The notes below the pieces were generated by a model that was not told where the DNA came from, made no database searches, and saw only the letters and a program-made list of their open reading frames with translations. This document shows, piece by piece, positions 10,445 through 19,879 of a stretch of DNA of 57,611 bases. The position numbers and the translations under genes are program-made. The stretch is taken from the NCBI GenBank assembly GCA_003599345.1, contig QZJP01000049.1:1-57611 (forward strand), given 5' to 3'. Source of the stretch: Bacillota bacterium. Lineage in GTDB: Bacteria > Bacillota > Sulfobacillia > UBA995 > UBA9673. Position 1 is the stretch's first letter. Each line of letters opens with the position of its first letter.

Positions 10445-10507
10445 CACCCGACGCGGAACCGGCGGGAGCAATGGGCGTTGTCGCGCTAGTTTGGGCTCGC
10501 GCGCCGC

Positions 10508-10536
10508 TTAACCGTTGACGTCTAGACGTCTATAAT
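10508..10536 (+). promoter_or_regulatory. Perfect 14-bp palindrome GACGTCTAGACGTC abutting a TATAAT box (candidate operator/promoter)
   Basis: Palindrome at 10517-10530, TATAAT at 10531-10536, TTAACC 17 bp upstream of it. Confidence 0.45.
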
Positions 10537-10551
10537 GCCGCAAAGCGGTGT

Positions 10552-11266
10552 CCACCCCCGGCGTTCGACGGCCATCAGAGATCACCCCTGCCGCGCTTCA
10601 CGACGCCTAACCGACGAGCAGCACGAGCAACTCAAGACGTATTTCTTCGTGTGGGCGCGGCTGCTTTTGCCGAAGCTCGTGCCTGGGGCGAATGTCGTTG
10701 TCGCTTCGAACCCACTTCTTTCGTTCATTGTGGCAGGAGCGCTGGCTGAGGCTGGTCTCGAAAACCGAGGGACTATCGTAAGGCTGGTAATGACCATGCG
10801 CGGTGGGGACAGGCCCAGAGGGGCGCACACGGAGTTTGATAACGTTAGCGTAATGCCAAGGTCTATGTGGGAGCCATGGATAGTGTTCAAGAAACCGATT
10901 GAGGGGAGAGTGCAGGACAGCCTTCGTAAATGGAAGACCGGGGGCTTTCGTCGGCCGTCCGGTGAAAGGCCCTTTGGTGATGTCATACATTCTGCGCCCA
11001 CCCAAAAGAAAGAACGCACCGTTGCGCCTCATCCGAGCCTGAAGCCTCAGGCCTTCCTGAGGCAACTGGTCAGGGGTGTGCTTCCGCTGGGTGAGGGCCT
11101 AGTTCTTGACCCCTTTGCCGGAGCGGGCTCAACGCTCGCTGCGGCCGAAGCAGTTGGGTACAGAAGCATTGGAATTGAGAAAGACCGCCACTACTTTGAA
11201 ATCGCAAGGAACGCCATCCCTAAGCTGACCAGGTTAGCCGCAAATGGAGAGGTTCAAAGCCGGTAA
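10552..11266 (+). pseudogene. Truncated, frameshifted amino-(N4C/N6A) DNA methyltransferase, beta class
   Basis: HPSLKP, SAM-binding VLDPFAGAGSTLAAA and GIEKD are present, but the catalytic DPPY motif is absent. The upstream segment PPAFDGHQRSPLPRFTT is in another frame, joined at about 10606. GC content is visibly lower than the flanks. Confidence 0.8.
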
Positions 11267-11613
11267 ACCCAATTCTGGCGTAGCTTATTGGCCCAGGGTC
11301 CCTGCAAGCCCTCCCCTGACGCTGGTATTGTCGCAAGCCAGCCGCCACCCTGCTAACCCCTCTGGCTTGCGGTAACGAACCACATTAAGTGGGAGGTGGA
11401 TCGTCGCGCTACAAGAGCCGGTAGCTGGGTACTCAACCGGCGTCGAACCAATGCTTCGCCTCGTAGGGCCAACCAGCCGTTCTCGCGTCCCCCCGAGGCG
11501 CACTCCCGCGCGGGCTCAGAGGGGCCTAAGAACGCCGGCGGGCGCCCGGCGCTCCGGCTGCGGTCTTGGCGGGATTAGTCTTCTTTCGATCCGGCGACCA
11601 GTCTTCCTCGGCT

Positions 11614-12825
11614 TCACGCCACTTGCCGCTTGATTAGCCGGCTGGCCAGTAGGGTGAAGAGAACCAGGAACCCGCCCAGAACGGCCAGTTCCTTGCCCAC
11701 GCTTCCCAGGCTCCAGCCGCGGACCATGACGGCCCGCAGGCCGTCGTTGGCGTAGGTCATCGGCATGGCGTAGGCCAGCCAGCGAAGCGGTTCCCACATC
11801 GTGTCGATCGGCGTCAGGAGTCCCGAGAGCATTGCCTGCGGCAGGACCACGACGGGGATGAACTGGATGACCTGCAGCTCGTTGCGGGCGTAGAAGGAGA
11901 AGAAAATCCCCATCACCACGGCCACCGCCACCAGGGCCGCCTCAACCGTGAAAGCGGCCCCGAGGCTTCCCGCCAGCTTCACCCCCAGGGCGTAGACGCT
12001 GAAGAGCAGGATGACCAGCGACTGTGCCAGCGCGAAGATGCCGAACCCAAGGAGATAGCCGACAACGATCTCGCCCCGTTGCACAGGCGAGGCCAACAGG
12101 CGCTCCATCGTGCCCGACGACCGCTCCCGCAGGAACGACACGCTGGTCAACAGGAAGGTCAGGAAGAAGGCGATGAAGGCTACGAGGCTCGGGGCGAAGT
12201 AGCTGAGGGTCCCCAGTTCCGGGCCGCCGTAGGTGAACTCCACTGCGGGCGCCCGCGGCGTGGTCGGCGGGGCGGGGACATTCACGCCGGGCGGGACGAC
12301 GCGCTCGTGCTCCTGGGCCAGCTTCTCGGGTAAGGACTGGAGCGCCTGGGCGTAGCGGCGGGAGATGTCCCCGGCGAGCATCGCGTCGCTGCCTTCCACG
12401 ATGAGGCGCAGGTCGCCGAATCCCCTTCCGGCGAGGATGCCCGACGTGAAGTCGGGGGGGATGACCACGCCACCGTAGAGCTTGCCGTCGCGGACATCCG
12501 CCAGCATGTCCTCGGCCGAGGCGTAGCTTCTGAGCTCCAGCGACCGGTCGGTGAGGGCCGTCTCCAGGAGCGAGCCCGCTTCGATATCGAGGGTTAGTGG
12601 CCCGGCGCTCAATGTCGCGCCCTGGTCGAAGTCGACCAGGCCTACGCTCACGGGGGTCGTCTTCTCGGCGATGACGTAGCCGACCAGAGTCAGGATGATG
12701 ATCGGCGCGATGAAAAGAAGCGCGATGGTCCGCGGGTCGCGCCGGAACTGGGTGATGATACGCCGGGCAATGGCCCCGGTCCTAGTGAACGACTCACGCA
12801 CGGCCTTGGTCTCCCTTCCGCGCAT
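11614..12825 (-). CDS. ABC-2 type exporter permease
   Basis: QFRRDPRT, LRERSSGTMERLLASP, PQAMLSG and MPMTYA motifs; multiple TMs. Confidence 0.92.
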   Translation of the reverse strand: MRGRETKAVRESFTRTGAIARRIITQFRRDPRTIALLFIAPIIILTLVGYVIAEKTTPVSVGLVDFDQGATLSAGPLTLDIEAGSLLETALTDRSLELRSYASAEDMLADVRDGKLYGGVVIPPDFTSGILAGRGFGDLRLIVEGSDAMLAGDISRRYAQALQSLPEKLAQEHERVVPPGVNVPAPPTTPRAPAVEFTYGGPELGTLSYFAPSLVAFIAFFLTFLLTSVSFLRERSSGTMERLLASPVQRGEIVVGYLLGFGIFALAQSLVILLFSVYALGVKLAGSLGAAFTVEAALVAVAVVMGIFFSFYARNELQVIQFIPVVVLPQAMLSGLLTPIDTMWEPLRWLAYAMPMTYANDGLRAVMVRGWSLGSVGKELAVLGGFLVLFTLLASRLIKRQVA

Positions 12826-13573
12826 ACCAGAGGTAAGCTTCTTCGAGCGACCCGGTCCCCGTCTGTTCCTTGAGCTCCCGCGGGCTGCCCTCGGCCAGGA
12901 GGCGCCCCGCGCGCATGAACGCGACCCGGGTGCACCGCTCGGCCTCGTCCATGACGTGAGTGGAGATAACGAACGTCCGCCCCTCCCGGTTGAGCCGGTC
13001 GAAGTGGTCCCAGAGCCCCAGGCGGAGCTCCGGGTCGACTCCTACGGAAGGTTCGTCGAGGAGCATAAGCTCCGGCTTGTGGACGAGGGCGGCGGCCAGG
13101 CTGGCCCGCTGTCGCATGCCGCCGCTCAGGGTCCTCACGGGGCTCGAGCCGCGGTCGGCCAGACCGACCAGGGTGAGGACTTCCTCGACCCGGTCGGCAA
13201 CGTCGCGGGCGCCGAACAGGCGGGCGAAGAACCGGAGGTTCTCACGCACGGTCAGGTCCTCGTAGAGGGCGGCGGCCTGGGTCATGTAGCCGACGCGGCG
13301 CGAGACGAAGGGTGAGGGGACCTTCTCCCCCAGCACCTCAATCTGGCCGTGGTCCGGCTGCACCAGCCCCACCATGCTCCGGATGAGTGTGGTCTTACCC
13401 GAGCCGTTCGGGCCGAGGAGCCCGTATTTCTCGCCCCGTTTCACACTAAGGCTGAGGCCATCGAGGGCACGGGTGCGCCCGAAAACCTTGACGAGGTCGC
13501 GGGTGTTGACGACGGTCTCGTCTCCCGCGCCGGCGACGGCTCGTGGGGCCCTTGCCTCATTAGTGCGTCTCAT
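12794..13573 (-). CDS. ABC exporter ATP-binding protein
   Basis: GPNGSGKTT, LSGGMRQR, LLDEP and STH motifs. Confidence 0.95.
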   Translation of the reverse strand: MRRTNEARAPRAVAGAGDETVVNTRDLVKVFGRTRALDGLSLSVKRGEKYGLLGPNGSGKTTLIRSMVGLVQPDHGQIEVLGEKVPSPFVSRRVGYMTQAAALYEDLTVRENLRFFARLFGARDVADRVEEVLTLVGLADRGSSPVRTLSGGMRQRASLAAALVHKPELMLLDEPSVGVDPELRLGLWDHFDRLNREGRTFVISTHVMDEAERCTRVAFMRAGRLLAEGSPRELKEQTGTGSLEEAYLWYARKGDQGRA

Positions 13574-14223
13574 ACCCCGTCTCCCCTTTCTAATGCTCCG
13601 TAGAGGAAGGCTTCACAGGCACGGTCAAGAGCTTCCTCGGGGTCCCCTTCGCTCTCGAAAGTCACGCCCTGACCGGCCACGAACTGGGGCAGCCCGACGA
13701 AGCGCTCCCTGAGCAGGACCACGAAGACGGTGGCCATCATGGACATGACGAACGCCCCCGGACTCATCCAGGATCTGAGCGGCAGCCGCGAGAGCAGGCG
13801 GGCCATTGACTGGGCGGGGGCCGCTCCGAGTCTTTGGATATGTTCGGCCAGTTGGACCCGGAGGTTGGCCCCGCCAAACTCGCGGACATCTATGAGAATA
13901 AGGTAGTAGGAAGGAAGCCTGTCCTTCACGGTGTGATAGACGGTGCCCATGAGGTGCCTGACCGCCCGCGCGGGAGGGTCGTCCAGGGGAGGGGGGTCTC
14001 TTTCGATGGCCTCGGCCACCGCGGTGACGGGGGAGTGGGCGGTCAGGACGGCCCTAAAGAGGTTTTCCTTCGACCCGAAGTGGTAGTAGACCGAGGCCAC
14101 GTTGCAGGAGCAGGTGTCCGCGAGGCGGCGGATGCTGGTGCCGCGGTAGCCTAGATCCGTAAACAGCCTATACGCGGAATGAAGGAGAACGGTCTTGAGG
14201 TCAGTGGTGTTGAGATCGGTCAC
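13570..14223 (-). CDS. TetR/AcrR family transcriptional regulator
   Basis: HTH LFTDLGYRGTSIRRLA...SVYYHFGSKENLF. GTG start chosen from the GGAGGG RBS. Confidence 0.92.
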   Translation of the reverse strand: MTDLNTTDLKTVLLHSAYRLFTDLGYRGTSIRRLADTCSCNVASVYYHFGSKENLFRAVLTAHSPVTAVAEAIERDPPPLDDPPARAVRHLMGTVYHTVKDRLPSYYLILIDVREFGGANLRVQLAEHIQRLGAAPAQSMARLLSRLPLRSWMSPGAFVMSMMATVFVVLLRERFVGLPQFVAGQGVTFESEGDPEEALDRACEAFLYGALERGDGV

Positions 14224-14288
14224 CGCCGGCGCTCCCTCCAGGGTCGGCAGACGCCGCAACAGGCAGGGTCGAAGTCGCTACCCCCACA

Positions 14289-14317
14289 ATTCTAATTAAA
14301 CGCTTGTTTAAAGTCAA
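14289..14317 (-). promoter_or_regulatory. SigA promoter of the tetR-ABC operon with an inverted-repeat operator in the spacer
   Basis: Minus strand TTGACT-17 bp-TAGAAT. The spacer contains TTAAAC-N4-GTTTAA. Confidence 0.75.
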
Positions 14318-14359
14318 ACCCTACCGGCTCACGCCACGTGCGGGGGCGGTCCGTCGTGG

Positions 14360-15139
14360 TCAGGCGCAGCGTAGCGGCCGCCGGCCGTAGGCCACCAGCC
14401 TGGAGACGCACACGAAAGACTGGGGGTTCTTGAGGAGTTCCTGGACGGCGCGACCGTAGCGGGCCGCTTCCTCGGGGGTCGCGGCGTTCTCGTCCACTAA
14501 GTCCCGTACGACCTTCGAAAGTTCAGCCAGCCAGCCCGCGGGGTCCCGGGTCTGTGACCACTCCGGGTCAGTGCTGTTCGCCGTGCTGACCACGACCCTG
14601 ACCCCTTCCAATCCGGCGCCGAACAGGAGCCGGAACAGAGAGCGCCCTGCCGCCTTACTGCCTCCCATCGCCAGGCGCCTCCTGGCGAGGAGCGCCCGCA
14701 GCTCGGCGAGGGCGTGCGGCTCGGGGTCATAGACCGCCAGACCTTCATCGTCGTCGGCGACGGCGACGATGCCGCCGGGACTGGCGACCCTGACCATCTC
14801 CTTCACGACCTCTTCGGGTGCGTCGATGCGACCGAGAACCTGACGGGCGACGCACGCGTGCGCGAGGTCCGGCGCCAGGCGGGATCGGCACAGGCTGCCG
14901 ACCTCGAACGTGAGGTTCTCCAGCCCTTCCTGGGAGGCCAGTTCTCTCGCCCTTGTGATCGCGAAGGCCGAAGTATCCACCCCGATGACCCGGCCCTCGG
15001 GGCCCACGAATCGGGACAGGAGGCGGGCGAACTCGCCCACCCCGCATCCCCATTCGACAACAGTAGCCCTCCGTCCGAGTCCGGCTTCGACTAGGACACG
15101 GAGGTCAACCTGTTGGGCCCAGGTGTTCGCGGTCACCAT
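14360..15139 (-). CDS. Class I SAM-dependent methyltransferase
   Basis: VVEWGCGVG, VIGVD and EMVRVASPGG motifs. ATG at 15139 after GAGGA; the longer ORF-track start overlaps marR. Confidence 0.85.
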   Translation of the reverse strand: MVTANTWAQQVDLRVLVEAGLGRRATVVEWGCGVGEFARLLSRFVGPEGRVIGVDTSAFAITRARELASQEGLENLTFEVGSLCRSRLAPDLAHACVARQVLGRIDAPEEVVKEMVRVASPGGIVAVADDDEGLAVYDPEPHALAELRALLARRRLAMGGSKAAGRSLFRLLFGAGLEGVRVVVSTANSTDPEWSQTRDPAGWLAELSKVVRDLVDENAATPEEAARYGRAVQELLKNPQSFVCVSRLVAYGRRPLRCA

Positions 15140-15231
15140 AGAGTCAGAACATTCCTCTTCCGGGCCGAATTCCCTTGCCGCGCGCGGTTGCGGGCGGCAG
15201 GGCATCCGGGACCGCTCGGCTCCTGCCGCTC

Positions 15232-15261
15232 TTGACAATTGATTTGCGTCACCAATATATT
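15232..15261 (+). promoter_or_regulatory. Candidate SigA promoter for the marR-ABC operon
   Basis: TTGACA (15232-15237), 18 bp spacer, TATATT, in an AT-rich patch just before the marR ATG. Confidence 0.55.
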
Positions 15262-15268
15262 TAGTGCC

Positions 15269-15778
15269 ATGCAAAGTAAAGACGTGGACAATGAACGCCT
15301 GGACCTCAAGCTTGTTGAAGCCTTTCACGGGCTCTTTCAGGCTCTTCACGCCAGGCGGACCGATGAGTGGTCTCCCGGGAAGCTGACCATGCCCCAGTTC
15401 AAGGTGCTCATGCTCCTGTCGGGGCCGAGATGCCCGGCGGGGTCCGCTCCCGCGGGTGACCTCACCATCGGCAGACTCGCCAGGCACTTGGGGCTGTCCG
15501 CTCCCACCGTCACCGGCATCGTCGACCGCCTGGCCGCCGCGGGTCTCGTCACCCGTTCGCGGCGCCGGGATGACCGGCGCGTCGTAGAAGTGGCCGCGAC
15601 AGCCGGCGGGAGGGAGCTTATCAGTGGCCTCCTGGCTGGTCGAGAGGAGCGCCTGCGGCGTTTCTTCGCCCGTCTTCCTGAGGACGATGCTCGTTGCCTC
15701 CTCAAGGGGCTGGACGCCCTGCGCAAGGCCATCGAGAGCGACGAGGGAGGAAGGGTTGAGAGCGATGAACGCAGCTGA
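15269..15778 (+). CDS. MarR family transcriptional regulator
   Basis: LTMPQFKVL, LARHLGLSAPTVTGIVDRL and DDRRVV...TAGG winged-helix motifs. Confidence 0.92.
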   Translation: MQSKDVDNERLDLKLVEAFHGLFQALHARRTDEWSPGKLTMPQFKVLMLLSGPRCPAGSAPAGDLTIGRLARHLGLSAPTVTGIVDRLAAAGLVTRSRRRDDRRVVEVAATAGGRELISGLLAGREERLRRFFARLPEDDARCLLKGLDALRKAIESDEGGRVESDERS

Positions 15779-16832
15779 GATCCGCGCGGCCCTGGCCGAA
15801 CCCATTATCTCGGTCGAGGACCTGGTCAAGGTCTACCGGGGCGGGGTTCGAGCGGTAGACGGCGTTTCGTTCGAGGTCAAGAGGGGTGAGATATTCGGCT
15901 TCCTCGGACCTAACGGGGCCGGCAAGACGACCACCATCATGATGCTCATCACGCTCCTCCGGCCCACGGCGGGACGCGGCCGAGTCTGCGGGCGCGACAT
16001 CACGGTCGAACCCGACGAGGTCCGAGCGCGCATCGGCTACGTGTCGCAGGACATCGCTGTCGACGACACGCTGACCGGCCGGGAGAACCTTTTCCTGCAA
16101 GGCCATCTCTACCATCTCACCAAGGACCTCATAGCCGAGAGGTGCCGAGAGGTGCTCGAGATGGTCGACCTCACCGACCGGGCGGGCAGCCGCGTGTCCA
16201 CCTACTCCGGAGGCATGCGGAAGCGGCTCGACATCGCCGGGGGGCTGATCCACCGCCCGGAGCTGCTTTTCCTCGACGAGCCCACGCTCGGCCTGGACAT
16301 CCAGACCCGCAGGCGCATCTGGGACTACATCCGTCTGCTCCGCGACCGGGAGAACGTCACGATTTTCATGACCACCCACTACATGGAGGAGGCCGACCAG
16401 CTCTGTGACCGGGTCGCCATCATCGACCACGGCAAGGTGGCGGCCATAGGATCACCGTCTGAGCTCAAAGCCGGCATCGGCGGAGACCTCCTGTTCGTTG
16501 AGGTCGAGGAGAGGCCCGTGGGTCCCGCGCCCTCGCCGGACGTGTCTACGGAGGGCGCCGAGTTCTCCTCGTTCCTGGCGGGCATCGAGGGCGTCAGCCG
16601 GGTCACGGTCCAGGACGGTCGTTGGGTACTGGTTGTCAGCTCGGGTGAACTGGCGGCGCCGAGAGTGCTGTCGGCTGTCGCCGGCCGGGGCCACACCGTC
16701 CGGTCGCTGGCCATGAAGAAACCGACGTTGGACGACGTGTTCCTGCATTACACCGGGCGGGCCCTTAGAGAAGACGAGGGTTCAAGCGATTTCCTGCGCC
16801 GGAGAATCGGGCTGAGGAGGGCCAGGGCGTGA
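15765..16832 (+). CDS. DrrA-like ABC exporter ATP-binding protein
   Basis: GPNGAGKTT, YSGGMRKRL, FLDEPTLGLD, TTHYMEEA and C-terminal PTLDDVFLHYTG motifs. Confidence 0.94.
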   Translation: MNAAEIRAALAEPIISVEDLVKVYRGGVRAVDGVSFEVKRGEIFGFLGPNGAGKTTTIMMLITLLRPTAGRGRVCGRDITVEPDEVRARIGYVSQDIAVDDTLTGRENLFLQGHLYHLTKDLIAERCREVLEMVDLTDRAGSRVSTYSGGMRKRLDIAGGLIHRPELLFLDEPTLGLDIQTRRRIWDYIRLLRDRENVTIFMTTHYMEEADQLCDRVAIIDHGKVAAIGSPSELKAGIGGDLLFVEVEERPVGPAPSPDVSTEGAEFSSFLAGIEGVSRVTVQDGRWVLVVSSGELAAPRVLSAVAGRGHTVRSLAMKKPTLDDVFLHYTGRALREDEGSSDFLRRRIGLRRARA

Positions 16833-17647
16833 GTACAGCCGCTAGACCGGTTGTCAAGAGAGGCTCGACCGTGATGTCCCGGACGTTTCTTGTCGACACG
16901 TGGTGGGTCGCCTGGCGAGAGATGAAGCACTTCGTGGGGGAGCGCGTACGCGTCATCATGATCCTCGTCCAACCGTTCATCTGGCTCGTCCTCATGGGGA
17001 ACCTGTTCCAAAGGATGGCCATGCTCCCGGGCTTCCCGGCCAGGAGCTATCTCGACTACATGGCGCCCGGCGTCGTCACCATGGTCACGCTCTTCGGAGG
17101 TATCTTCGGCGGAATGACTATCGTCTGGGACCGCCGGCTGGGATACCTCAACAAACTCCTGGCGGCGCCGATAGCCCGGTCGGCCGTGGTCAGCGGCAAG
17201 ATGCTGGCTATAGGTATCCAGACCTCGGTGCAGGCGGCTATCATCTTCGGCATAGCCATGTTCATGGGCGTCACGTTCAAGACGGGAGTCCTGGGCGCGG
17301 TTATGGTCATTGCTCTGGCGGCCATTCTGAGCACGGTGTTCGCCGGCATCTCCCTATCGTTCGGCGCCGTGATAACATCCCATGAAGCCCTCATGGCCGT
17401 CATGAACTTCTTCACGATGCCGCTCATGTTCACGTCGAACGCGATGATGCCGCTTTCATTCATGCCGGGTTGGCTTCAAACGTTGGCAAAGATAAACCCG
17501 TTGAGCTACGCGATAAACCCGATGCGCTCGTTGTTCTTGACGGGCTGGCGGCCCGGGGAACTCATTCAAGGAGTGATCATCCTGAGTCTCGTCAGCCTGG
17601 CGCTGGGCGTCCTGGCGACTCGCCTTTTCAAGCGGTCGCTCGCCTGA
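16829..17647 (+). CDS. DrrB-like ABC-2 exporter permease
   Basis: YLDYMAPG, DRRLGYLNKLLAAP and MPGWLQTLAKINPLSYA motifs; about 6 TMs. Confidence 0.92.
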   Translation: MSTAARPVVKRGSTVMSRTFLVDTWWVAWREMKHFVGERVRVIMILVQPFIWLVLMGNLFQRMAMLPGFPARSYLDYMAPGVVTMVTLFGGIFGGMTIVWDRRLGYLNKLLAAPIARSAVVSGKMLAIGIQTSVQAAIIFGIAMFMGVTFKTGVLGAVMVIALAAILSTVFAGISLSFGAVITSHEALMAVMNFFTMPLMFTSNAMMPLSFMPGWLQTLAKINPLSYAINPMRSLFLTGWRPGELIQGVIILSLVSLALGVLATRLFKRSLA

Positions 17648-17878
17648 GGGCGGATGCGCTCGCCTGCTGAAGGCGGATGCCCTCGTTCGGCTGAGCGCGT
17701 CATGTCGCGCGGCGCCGCGGCCGGACTTCGCCCGCCACCGAGATGGGTAGAATAGTCGGGTGGACGAGGGCCTCGGAAAGGTATAGCATTGATGTGCGCT
17801 CATCCGGGATTTCGGGTTCGATGTCTACATCTTCCCACCTTGACAAAGCGCGACGTTGACAAAATCGGCGTTCATATT

Positions 17879-18304
17879 GGGGCCGGGCACCAGGCCGGGC
17901 AATCGCGGGCGCAACGGCCGCAAGGTCTCGCTCGAGGAAAGTCCGGACTCCAAAGGGCAGGGTGCTGGGCAACTCCCAGTCGGGGCGACCCGAAGGAAAG
18001 TGCCACAGAAACATACCGCCGGCCGGGTCTACAGGCTTGATGACCGGACGCCAGGCAAACGTCTGGCAAGGTCAATGGATCCCTTGGCCCGTTCGGCAAG
18101 GGTGAAAAGGTGGTGTAAGAGACCACCGGCGGGCGGGCGACCGTCCGGCCAGGCAAACCCCACCCGGAGCAAGGCCAAATAGGAGGGGGATGACGCGGCC
18201 CGCGTACCCCTCGGGTTGGCTGCTTGAAACGACGGGTAACCGTCGTTCGAGACAGATGATTGCCCAAGACAGAATCCGGCTTACAGGTCCGGTATCCGGC
18301 CCCC
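17879..18304 (+). ncRNA. rnpB: RNase P RNA, bacterial type A
   Basis: Conserved GAGGAAAGTCC, AGTGCCACAGAAA, GGGTGAAAAGGTGGTGTAAGAG, GGCAAACCCC...GAGCAAGGCCAAAT and AGATGATT...ACAGAATCCGGCTTA. Terminal P1 pairing GGGGCCGG/CCGGCCCC. Confidence 0.96.
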
Positions 18305-18462
18305 GTCTTCCTAGAAACGGGCCACGTCTCGACGCGAACCGCGGCGTCGGATGTGGCCCTTTAGCATGTCCGCCGGGTGGAGGCGTGCCTAGCGGTCTCT
18401 CAGCGGGCTCCGGCCCGGACTCCGGGCGAGTGGCGGGTGCTTCCGGCCCGACCCGCGGGCCT

Positions 18463-19113
18463 TCAGCGGGCACCGGCGACGACCTCGAGGGCGACGCGTA
18501 CGGCCCGTTCCATCTCGCCGCGAGCCAGGCTCGGCGGGATGGGCTTCTTGCCTATCGCCTGCTCCGGCAGGTAGGGGACGTGGATGAACCCGGCCGCGGG
18601 CGGCGCCGGGCTAGGCCACGCCGTAGCCAGATGATGCATGAGCGCGTAGAATGCGAAGTTGCAGAGATAGGTCCCGGCCGAGTTGGAGATGAACGCCGGG
18701 AGTCCCTCGCTCTCGAGACTCGCCAGTATCGCCTGCAGCGGAAGCGTGGAGAAGTAGGCGGGAGGGCCGCCGGCCAAGACTGGGGCCTCAACCAGCTCCT
18801 GACCTGAGTTGTCCCGGCCGTTGGCCGCGTTGATGGCGACCCGCTCGAGACCGAAGGCCGGGTACCCCCCGGCTTGGCCGAGCATGACCACGGCCCCGAG
18901 GCCGGGCGTCCGCCCGACCTCGGCGATGAGTGTCTTGACGGCTCCGGCCCAGGTCACCGGAAGGACACAAGCCCGGACCTTGACGGCAGCCCTCGACGGC
19001 AGACCTCCTCGAGGCCTTATCGCGGCGCCGTCATGGCTCATCGCTATCTCGGCGGCGGGATTCAGTCTCTCTCCCCCGAAGGGCTCGAACCCTGTGACCA
19101 GTATGTGGCCCAC
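18463..19113 (-). CDS. pcp: Pyroglutamyl-peptidase I
   Basis: ILVTGFEPFGG..NP, LGQAGG, ERVAIN, SNSAGTYLCN (catalytic Cys) and GFIHVPY motifs. Confidence 0.95.
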   Translation of the reverse strand: MGHILVTGFEPFGGERLNPAAEIAMSHDGAAIRPRGGLPSRAAVKVRACVLPVTWAGAVKTLIAEVGRTPGLGAVVMLGQAGGYPAFGLERVAINAANGRDNSGQELVEAPVLAGGPPAYFSTLPLQAILASLESEGLPAFISNSAGTYLCNFAFYALMHHLATAWPSPAPPAAGFIHVPYLPEQAIGKKPIPPSLARGEMERAVRVALEVVAGAR

Positions 19114-19133
19114 GTCTCACGACTCCCGGGTCC

Positions 19134-19736
19134 CTACTTCCGGCGTCGCCTAGCTTCGTCGATGGGCCATTTGTCCCCTTCATGCCTGCGGGCTGCCCTG
19201 TGCGCGACGGACCGGCGACCTCGAACACGGGCGGCAAGCCCACGGTCCACGGCCGTCGCCGACTCCGCCAGGGCCCGTTCGACACCGTAGGAAGGCGAAC
19301 CCTGGGGGCCGAAAGCCACGTCGAGCAGGTGCTGCGCGCGAACCAGCTGCCCGATTGTGGTTCCGAACAGCGTGTCTGTGACCAGCCGGTGGGTCCGGTC
19401 CCAGAGCTTCCCGAGGGCGCACGCTCCCACCCGGAAGCAGGGCTGACCGCCGGTCCGGCAGGGCGAGGGTCTGAGCGGCCCTTCCACCGCCTCGAGCACC
19501 TGTCCCACGGCTATGGTTTCGGGGTCGGCCATGAGACTCACGCCGCCGTGGAGGCCGCTGGCGGTCGCAAGCCAGCCCTTTTTGCCCAAGGCCGCCACGA
19601 GCTGGGGAGCTAGTTTCGGCGGCAGGCCCTGGTTTTCGATGATCTGGCGGGTCGTTATCTGCGAGCGTGGGGGACGGGACGCGAGTTCCAGCAGGATGAG
19701 AACGGCGTACTCACCCTTTCTCGTGATAATCGGCAT
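19134..19736 (-). CDS. Rrf2 family transcriptional regulator with three Cys
   Basis: ITRKGEYAV, GLHGGVSL, VLEAVEG and C-x5-C-x5-C motifs. Confidence 0.88.
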   Translation of the reverse strand: MPIITRKGEYAVLILLELASRPPRSQITTRQIIENQGLPPKLAPQLVAALGKKGWLATASGLHGGVSLMADPETIAVGQVLEAVEGPLRPSPCRTGGQPCFRVGACALGKLWDRTHRLVTDTLFGTTIGQLVRAQHLLDVAFGPQGSPSYGVERALAESATAVDRGLAARVRGRRSVAHRAARRHEGDKWPIDEARRRRK

Positions 19737-19879
19737 CGGGCAACCCTCCCGTGGAAACCAACAAACTTGGTGAGTGATAGGCCGTCACGAGAACACTACC
19801 ACGGTGGGGTTGTCCGGAAGTGGCGGTATGTGTCCAGGCCGACCGACAGCCGTCTCGGCTGGCGCGAACGCTGTCGACT

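Noticed and set aside
15140-15829. ORF-track 489-aa N-terminal extension of the methyltransferase
   Set aside because: It is the antisense shadow of marR; the methyltransferase motifs begin after ATG 15139.
10445-17878. Prophage, IS or integrative element
   Set aside because: No integrase, transposase, terminal inverted repeats or att duplication seen.
17840-17878. SigA promoter for rnpB from two TTGACA hexamers
   Set aside because: Neither hexamer has a convincing -10 at 16-18 bp spacing.
17789-18473. Several short ORFs over rnpB
   Set aside because: The region is explained by the RNase P RNA, and the ORFs have no protein motifs.
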